The position numbers and the translations under genes are program-made. 12,783 bases of DNA from Cyanophyceae cyanobacterium. Its GTDB lineage: Bacteria > Cyanobacteriota > Cyanobacteriia > Cyanobacteriales > JBHJGN01. This document shows, in pieces, positions 7,494 through 12,783 of this stretch; the stretch's first letter is position 1, and every line of letters starts with the position of its first letter. The DNA is taken from contig JBHJGN010000026.1 in the NCBI GenBank assembly GCA_050331735.1, forward strand, positions 1-12,783, in the 5' to 3' direction. The notes under the pieces were generated by a model that did no database searches, was not told the origin of the DNA, and worked only from the letters and a program-made list of their open reading frames with translations.

Positions 7494-8327
7494 ATGTATC
7501 AAAAAGCCTACGGTATTATTGAAACCTTAGCGCCGCTTCATGTCGGTGCTAGCGCAGGGGAAGAAACGGGAAATCTCAACCTGATTTTTCGCGATCAGTT
7601 TACCCAAACGGGGATTATTCCTGGTAGCTCGATTCGCGGTCGTTTTCGGGCGGATATGCGGCAATCGAATCAAGATGAAGCTCACTGGTACGGACACGAA
7701 TCCGTACCGGGACAAGCAGACGGCGGCACGACTGAAGCCAGAGTCAAATTTGAATATGCTTCTCTCGTTTGGCTTCCCGTATTTTGTCCTGGGCAACCGA
7801 TTGTTTGGGTAAGCTGTCCTCGTCTGCTGAAACGCTACCAGCAAATTACCGGACTGACTGCCGACACCCCTGAACCCTATACAGCTTCTCCATCTCTCAC
7901 AGGACGCAACATTCAAGGAAACCATCAGGTTTTATTCTTTAACCTTGGTTTCCTCACCGTTGAACAAACCACTGACCTATCCCCCTGGATTCCTCACGGC
8001 GCAGTCCCAGAAGCTAATTTAGTGGTGGTGTCAGATAACGATGTTTCCATGCTGCACGACATGGCCCTCTACCGCCAAAGTCGAGTTTCGCTAGAAACGG
8101 AACAGAAGAAAGCTAAACAGGGCGCTTTTTTCGATGTAGAAGCCTTACCGGAAGGCAGCGTTCTAATATTCCCGATTGCCTTGAAAGAGTCAGGCTGGAA
8201 CCCCTTTAACGGTTCAGTGACGGATGAACTGTACTTTGGGGGACTCGAATCAATTGGCTTTGGTCGCTGTCGCGTCACGCTAGCCGGACAAGGCGTTGCC
8301 GCTCAATCGGTACAGGAGGTGCGATAA
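7494..8327 (+). CDS. cmr4: Cmr4 (Cas7 backbone RAMP)
   Basis: LAPLHVGA, IIPGSSIRGRFR, LVWLPV, VWVSCP, FDVEALPEGSVL, YFGGLESIGFG. GAGG ribosome-binding site upstream. Confidence 0.95.
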   Translation: MYQKAYGIIETLAPLHVGASAGEETGNLNLIFRDQFTQTGIIPGSSIRGRFRADMRQSNQDEAHWYGHESVPGQADGGTTEARVKFEYASLVWLPVFCPGQPIVWVSCPRLLKRYQQITGLTADTPEPYTASPSLTGRNIQGNHQVLFFNLGFLTVEQTTDLSPWIPHGAVPEANLVVVSDNDVSMLHDMALYRQSRVSLETEQKKAKQGAFFDVEALPEGSVLIFPIALKESGWNPFNGSVTDELYFGGLESIGFGRCRVTLAGQGVAAQSVQEVR

Positions 8328-8734
8328 TGGCTTGGCACTACTACAGCCTAGATCGAGAAGCCCAAAAACTGGTGCTAGATGCCAAAATACGCGATCGCAA
8401 TTCTCTCAATCAGTCTTTTAAAATGCGTGAAGCGGTTGCCTACGGTCTAGAACGCTTCTGGGGCGAACATCTGCGCTTGCAAATCAAAGAGCCAGCCAAG
8501 TCCCAGTATTGGAAAGAAACTTGGGATACGCTAGTTAAGCTCATGGAACATGCTAAAGTGCCTCTTCCAAACGATCCTGTCGATGCCAACCAGACCGATA
8601 CGGTGAAGGCAATGGCAGAAAAGCTCTGGCATTTAACAATAGAAGACCAACGAGTGGCTCTAGCTGTGCTTGCTCAACTCTGCGACTGTCTGGTGTGGTG
8701 GACGCAACGGTATAAAGGAGCTTCTGAAGAATGA
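8327..8734 (+). CDS. cmr5: Cmr5 (Cas11 small subunit)
   Basis: 135 aa, helical, between cmr4 and cmr6. YGLERFWGE and LCDCLVWWTQR motifs. AGGAGG RBS and TAATG overlap with cmr4. Confidence 0.85.
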   Translation: MAWHYYSLDREAQKLVLDAKIRDRNSLNQSFKMREAVAYGLERFWGEHLRLQIKEPAKSQYWKETWDTLVKLMEHAKVPLPNDPVDANQTDTVKAMAEKLWHLTIEDQRVALAVLAQLCDCLVWWTQRYKGASEE

Positions 8735-10392
8735 GCCACCATCAAGGAATGGCAGATAAAGTGCCGCTAATGTTTCAAGCCCAAACCGAAGGGCGCTGTC
8801 AGCTTCAGTACGCTGCTTCAGAAGACGCGCAGCGCTGGGCTTCAGAATGGATAGAAAAAGCTGAGTCTTACCCTCGTCAGTGGTCAGGAATACAGTCTCG
8901 CACCTATACCTTAAGCTGGCGGTTTGTCACCAACGGCGGGCAAGATGACGGAATTATTCGTCCGGTAATTGGTGCTTTTGGCTTACCCTACTATCCGGGT
9001 AGCAGCATGAAAGGCGCTTTTCGTGAGGCTTGTCAACAGCTTCATCCTGAGAAAGTGGATGATTACTGTGGAAATGCAGAGAAACCAGGTATTCTCCGTT
9101 TTCATGGCGGCTATCCAACCGACGACCGCTGGCAGGAAAACCTTGTTGATGTTGTGCATCCTCAGCAGGGGTGGCAGGTCAAAACGAACGATACTAGCAA
9201 TAAACCAAGAGGTGAAAGCGCCTTTGCCCTCATTTCTCTTTACAAACCCGAATTTGAGTTCGGGATTTCTAGCACGAGTTCTCTAGAAGCAGCAGAGTGG
9301 AAGACTATTTGGGATATTTGGGAACTGGCAATTTCTGTGGGCTTAGGTTGTCGCGTCAGTGCTGGTTATGGACAACCTAAACAGCAGAAGCGAGACATTC
9401 TCTATCGCGCTCATCTCATTGGACAAGGACTCGCCTCGACTTTGCTGGATGGCGAGAGCGAGTTTCGCCCCAATATCTTCAAGGCAACCTTACGGGGTCA
9501 TGCTTTACGCATCTTTGGTGGCTTAACCGATGCTGCGACAGCAGAAAAGTTGGTGGAAACTTTGTTTGGTGGCGTGACCGAACGGGCGACTGTGGGACTG
9601 CTAGCAATGAACTGGAATGAATTTTCACTGGCACTAAAACCGTTTGACGAGGGCTATGGTGAACCAACCTATGCCGTAGAAGGAGTATTGCGCTGGTTTT
9701 TGACTCAATCCTTGCCGAGTGAAGAGAGAAAAGCCCTTCAGAAGCTAGTCAAAAATTTAACCAGTTTTGCCATGCTGTTAGGAGGGTTTGGTAAGTCTTG
9801 GCGAAGAGCCGATCACAGACTGTTCTATCCTGAATACTATGAGGATAAAGAAATTAAACCCCTGATCGGTTGCCACTGGCAGTGGGGCAAGCGATCGCAG
9901 ATCCCCTACAACGTCGTGCGTCAGCTAGCAACAGTTGGGGATTTTATTGATAATGTCCGCGACTCGGCTCAGGAGTGGATGCAGTGCCAAGGTCTTACTT
10001 CTACCCCCAATAATTATGCCAACTGGCGCGAAGCATGGCATCCAAATCAGGTACAAGTTTGGGGACGAGAGGCAGACAGTGCTGAAGATAGTGAGGCAAT
10101 AGACTGGTTTCACGGACCTTATCAAAAAGCTTATCGAGATTTAGGGATTGCTGAGGGATCTATTTATCACACTGCTATAACAGGTCGAGTCAATCAAATT
10201 AGTCGGCTGTGGAATCGCATGTATCCCAAGATTCGGTTTGTTAAAGATCCTGCTACTCCTAAAAAGCCGATGGCTAGACCAACTAACTTTTTCTTTGAAC
10301 TACTCACTATTTTTCCTGATAGTTCGCCTCGCTCTCGCCAGTTTCTTGATTTTTTAGCATCTGAAATGACTACATTTCAAAGGCTTTGGTAG
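8731..10392 (+). CDS. cmr6: Cmr6-Cmr1 fusion RAMP protein (III-B variant type)
   Basis: N-terminal half is Cmr6-like (GLPYYPGSSMKGAFR, LVDVVHPQ, GLGCRVSAGYG). C-terminal half is Cmr1-like (EFRPNIFKATLRG, LFGG, LLGGFGKSWRR). ATGA overlap with cmr5. Confidence 0.9.
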   Translation: MSHHQGMADKVPLMFQAQTEGRCQLQYAASEDAQRWASEWIEKAESYPRQWSGIQSRTYTLSWRFVTNGGQDDGIIRPVIGAFGLPYYPGSSMKGAFREACQQLHPEKVDDYCGNAEKPGILRFHGGYPTDDRWQENLVDVVHPQQGWQVKTNDTSNKPRGESAFALISLYKPEFEFGISSTSSLEAAEWKTIWDIWELAISVGLGCRVSAGYGQPKQQKRDILYRAHLIGQGLASTLLDGESEFRPNIFKATLRGHALRIFGGLTDAATAEKLVETLFGGVTERATVGLLAMNWNEFSLALKPFDEGYGEPTYAVEGVLRWFLTQSLPSEERKALQKLVKNLTSFAMLLGGFGKSWRRADHRLFYPEYYEDKEIKPLIGCHWQWGKRSQIPYNVVRQLATVGDFIDNVRDSAQEWMQCQGLTSTPNNYANWREAWHPNQVQVWGREADSAEDSEAIDWFHGPYQKAYRDLGIAEGSIYHTAITGRVNQISRLWNRMYPKIRFVKDPATPKKPMARPTNFFFELLTIFPDSSPRSRQFLDFLASEMTTFQRLW

Positions 10393-10523
10393 TAAAACTA
10401 TCTTTTCCCGGAGTATCCTCGCCCCTTCCGAGAGCAACTCCAGAAGGTTGAGAACTTACCTGGGGAGCGTTTCCAAGCCGTTAATCGCTTGAGAGTACAA
10501 TTGAACTAAAAGCCTGCTGCCGA

Positions 10524-11171
10524 ATGACTCAATCCTCAGTACCAAAGCTAATATCTGATACCTGGGTCAAAGCAACCTGGGAAGAGTTTATCGCCCTTGC
10601 TGACGATCCTCAGTATGCAGAAGGGAGATGCTATTACGACGAAGGGTATTTAAGAATTGAAATGGCAGCATTAGGTCCGGCGCATGGTCAGGATAACTCA
10701 ATTGTTTCCACTGTCGTTGTCGTTTATGCTGCTGTCAACAACATTCCCATTAAAGAATTAACCAATACCAGTTTCAGAAAAATTGGGGTGCGAGAAAGTC
10801 AGCCTGATATAGCTTTTTATATTGGCAACTCCTTACAATTTCCTCCTCGCAACAATTCTCCGGTAGATGTTAATGACCTTGGTGCGCCTACTTTAGTCAT
10901 TGAAATTGGCTCTTCGTCTTTTGCAGATGATATTGGACGGAAGCGCCTGCTCTACGAAAAGCTTGGCATTCAGGAATATTGGGTTGTTGACGTTGCGGAA
11001 GGGGAAGTGCTTGCCTTTGCAGTGGCTAATTTAGGGAGCAAGCGTATTCGTGCATCGCAGGTATTGCCAGGTTTAGACATGGCTTTAGTAGAAGAAGCCC
11101 TTAAGAAATCGCAAACCGAAGATGATGGCGCGATCGCCCGCTGGCTACTCACCACCTTCAGCCCATCTTAG
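10524..11171 (+). CDS. Uma2 family endonuclease
   Basis: WVKATWEEF, YYDEGYLRIEM, GPAHG, QPDIAFYIG, PTLVIEIG, KRLLYEKLGIQEYWVVDV. Confidence 0.94.
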   Translation: MTQSSVPKLISDTWVKATWEEFIALADDPQYAEGRCYYDEGYLRIEMAALGPAHGQDNSIVSTVVVVYAAVNNIPIKELTNTSFRKIGVRESQPDIAFYIGNSLQFPPRNNSPVDVNDLGAPTLVIEIGSSSFADDIGRKRLLYEKLGIQEYWVVDVAEGEVLAFAVANLGSKRIRASQVLPGLDMALVEEALKKSQTEDDGAIARWLLTTFSPS

Positions 11172-11274
11172 ACGCGATCACTTCCTAATCCCGGGTTTTG
11201 TTACTAAACACCGACACGAGCAGCGCACAGAAATTTATCCAGGAACGTTGAAGCAGTAAAATGACAAGCGAAAA

Positions 11275-11481
11275 CTAAGCCGATTGAAAAGAGTAAGTCT
11301 GAGGTTGTGGAAGAGGATCTCGCTCTTCGATCAACATCTCTAATACATCTTGAGCGTTGCTTAAAGCTTCTTCATAAGAATCGCCGTGAGTGTGAGCGTA
11401 TTTCCCAAACTCTGGCAAAGAGACTACATAACACTGGTCTTCCGGGGACCACTGAATTAAGATGCTGTATTGAGATTTCAT
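11275..11481 (-). CDS. hicB: HicB family antitoxin (short form, no DNA-binding domain)
   Basis: YSILIQWSPEDQCYVVSLPEF, THGDSYEEALSNAQDVL. 4-bp overlap with hicA. Confidence 0.92.
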   Translation of the reverse strand: MKSQYSILIQWSPEDQCYVVSLPEFGKYAHTHGDSYEEALSNAQDVLEMLIEERDPLPQPQTYSFQSA

Positions 11482-11684
11482 GATTCTGCTTCCTCTATTT
11501 CTCTAAGATAGCTTTTGACATCTCTTTCCTGATAGGGCTTAGCATCCTGCCCGTCATTTCCAGAAAGGGTTAGTTTATCCATTAGTCGAGGATGTTTCCA
11601 CTTAGTATGGCTGCCTTTCCCAGATTCACTCATACAGCCAGCTTGGCGTAACATCTGTTTTAATTCTCGGATTTTCTTGGGCAT
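11478..11684 (-). CDS. hicA: HicA family toxin (mRNA interferase)
   Basis: MPKKIRELKQML, GKGSHTKWKHP (catalytic His motif), LSGNDGQDAKPYQE. Confidence 0.93.
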   Translation of the reverse strand: MPKKIRELKQMLRQAGCMSESGKGSHTKWKHPRLMDKLTLSGNDGQDAKPYQERDVKSYLREIEEAES

Positions 11685-12012
11685 AGCGAATACTCATCTT
11701 TATCTGTGCCTCCTAAATCCACTGTTCCCAAAGTCACTGGTAGCTTCTCCTCCAGCTTCGTCAGCAGAGGTTTTGCCGCTTACTAATCTTGCTCAAAACC
11801 GCCAATCCTGTTTTTTTCTAATCGAGGCCTATAGAAAATTGCCTGTTGCCATCTTACCCTTATTGAGGGATTACTTTGACAGACAGGCTGTTCCAAACAT
11901 TAATAAAACGACATCATTAACAGTCTGTAAAAGCAGGCAAGAAAATAGCGGCCTATAATCGGGGAGAGCGCCTCTTTTGCTACAAATGAGGTTAAAAAAA
12001 GGGATTTATACC

Positions 12013-12189
12013 ATGATCAGTCTGGGACACACCGTTCAGCCATCTCGTCAGTTTAATGGGCAAGGGCTCAGTAGTTGTTTGCTCGTTTTTGCTTGGCTGT
12101 GCGTCAGTTTCACTAGCTGGCGCTGGCTGGCTCAAGAGCTAATCGCCTCCCGCTTTCACTTTGCTTTCGCTAGCCTGATTGCCGTGGGT
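12013..12189 (+). pseudogene. 5' part of a membrane-protein gene, apparently interrupted by IS701
   Basis: MISLGHT...LSSCLLVFAWLCVSFTSWRWLAQELIASRFHFAFASLIAVG has two hydrophobic segments and then runs into IS sequence. TATAAT at 11954-11959 and AAGGGA upstream. Confidence 0.45.
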
Positions 12190-12421
12190 CTGTTGTACCT
12201 AAGGATAAAATCGCTATCAGGCAGAGAGAGCAATGGATGTGGAGCTACAGATTCTCAGACATTTGCCGAGGGACGCTCAGCCGACCATATCATTCATTGA
12301 TGAATATTGTAGCGGCTACAAAGACTTGTTTAAAGAAGTAAGAGGATACGAATGCTTTAAATATTTACATCTAGGCATTATCTCACCAATAAGCGCGAAA
12401 ATCACTGCCAGAAATTGCCAA

Positions 12422-12468
12422 CTCGCGCGTTCCCTTGCGCCTGTCGGCGGCGCGGGGTCGCTCGTCAA
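12422..12468. repeat. 47-bp GC-rich hairpin insertion with a CAA duplication
   Basis: Removing it restores GAA ATT GCC AAA GTA GTC (EIAKVV). CAA occurs at 12419-12421 and 12466-12468. Stem CCTTGCGCC/GGCGCGGGG includes G-U pairs. Confidence 0.7.
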
Positions 12469-12502
12469 AGTAGTCAGAATTAACTCGGCACAATCATTGC
12501 AT

Positions 12503-12547
12503 CCTTGGTGCGCCTAAATTCGGAGGGAACCTCCGAGGCGGCGCATC
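12503..12547. repeat. 45-bp hairpin insertion (small dispersed repeat-like)
   Basis: Removing it restores TTG CAT CGC TTT ATT GCC CAA TCA CCT TGG (LHRFIAQSPW). Inner stem TCGGAGG-GAA-CCTCCGA is perfect; outer stem GGTGCGCC/GGCGCATC. Confidence 0.75.
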
Positions 12548-12647
12548 CGCTTTATTGCCCAATCACCTTGGTTGGTCACCGAGTTCAGAAACAGAAGATT
12601 GTTAAAAACTTTCAGGGCATTAAAAGGAAAGAAAATTATTGTAGTCA

Positions 12648-12783
12648 TACCATTTCTTGAAAAGAAAGCACTGGCTTAGATAAGCTAAGACAAGCAGGAA
12701 CTTAGAGAGGGAAGGAATGGCAAGTGTTTATAACGTTGAGGTGAAAGAAAGCGCTGAAGAACTCAAAGAACTACTAAGAGGAC
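12648..12783 (+). mobile_element. Left end of a probable IS630-family element; transposase starts at 12717
   Basis: IS701 similarity stops abruptly at the TA at 12648-12649. The ORF from 12717, MASVYNVEVKESAEELKELLR, resembles the N-terminus of cyanobacterial IS630 HTH transposases. Purine-rich RBS present. Confidence 0.65.

Larger units (their letters stand above)
2968..11137. repeat. HIP1 octamers (GCGATCGC), 12 dispersed copies
   Basis: Read by eye at 2968, 3276, 3593, 4017, 4639, 5045, 5910, 6003, 7459, 8391, 9891 and 11130. Confidence 0.9.
12190..12647 (+). mobile_element. Degraded IS701-family element (transposase pseudogene starting at 12233)
   Basis: MDVELQILRHLPRDAQPTISFIDEYCSGYKDLFKEVRGYECFKYLHLGIISPI, then after a frameshift RKSLPEIAKVV..NSAQSLH.FIAQSPW..KGKKIIVVI. 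This matches the cyanobacterial IS701 transposase N-terminus. It is disrupted by a +1 frameshift and two insertions, and truncated just before the first catalytic Asp. The left boundary is approximate. Confidence 0.85.

Noticed and set aside
5711..11155. Short overlapping ORFs (5711-6046, 6392-6583, 6592-6786, 7527-7925, 8069-8278, 9023-9286, 9479-9667, 9925-10125, 10970-11155)
   Set aside because: All lie antisense or out of frame within well-supported genes and show no recognisable motifs.
11677..11958. 93-aa plus-strand ORF
   Set aside because: Non-ATG start overlapping the hicA start, spans the divergent promoter region, no motifs.
11977..12300. 107-aa ORF as an intact gene
   Set aside because: The 3' part is read-through into IS701 sequence, so it is treated as an interrupted gene starting at 12013.
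1..12783. CRISPR array
   Set aside because: No regularly spaced 30-37 bp repeats found in any intergenic region; the array is probably outside the window.

Overview
Cyanobacterial DNA, judged from 12 HIP1 GCGATCGC sites, Uma2 genes and cyanobacterial-type IS elements. The window holds most of a type III-B variant (III-Bv-like) CRISPR-Cas locus. An RT-Cas1 fusion gene on the minus strand (start 1657, running off the left edge) is absent from the supplied ORF track. Next come a small coiled-coil/TM protein, a 2TM-CARF (Cam1-like) effector and a Uma2 gene. These are followed by the operon cas10 (no HD domain, intact GGDD)-cmr3-cmr4 (no canonical catalytic Asp)-cmr5-cmr6/cmr1 fusion. Downstream lie a second Uma2 gene, a hicAB toxin-antitoxin pair and a membrane-protein gene cut by a decayed IS701. 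That IS701 carries two ~45-bp hairpin insertions and is itself cut by an IS630-like element. No CRISPR array, cas2 or cas6 is visible in the window. My inference is a system that can take spacers from RNA, senses RNA without cutting it or DNA, and signals through cOA to a membrane effector.
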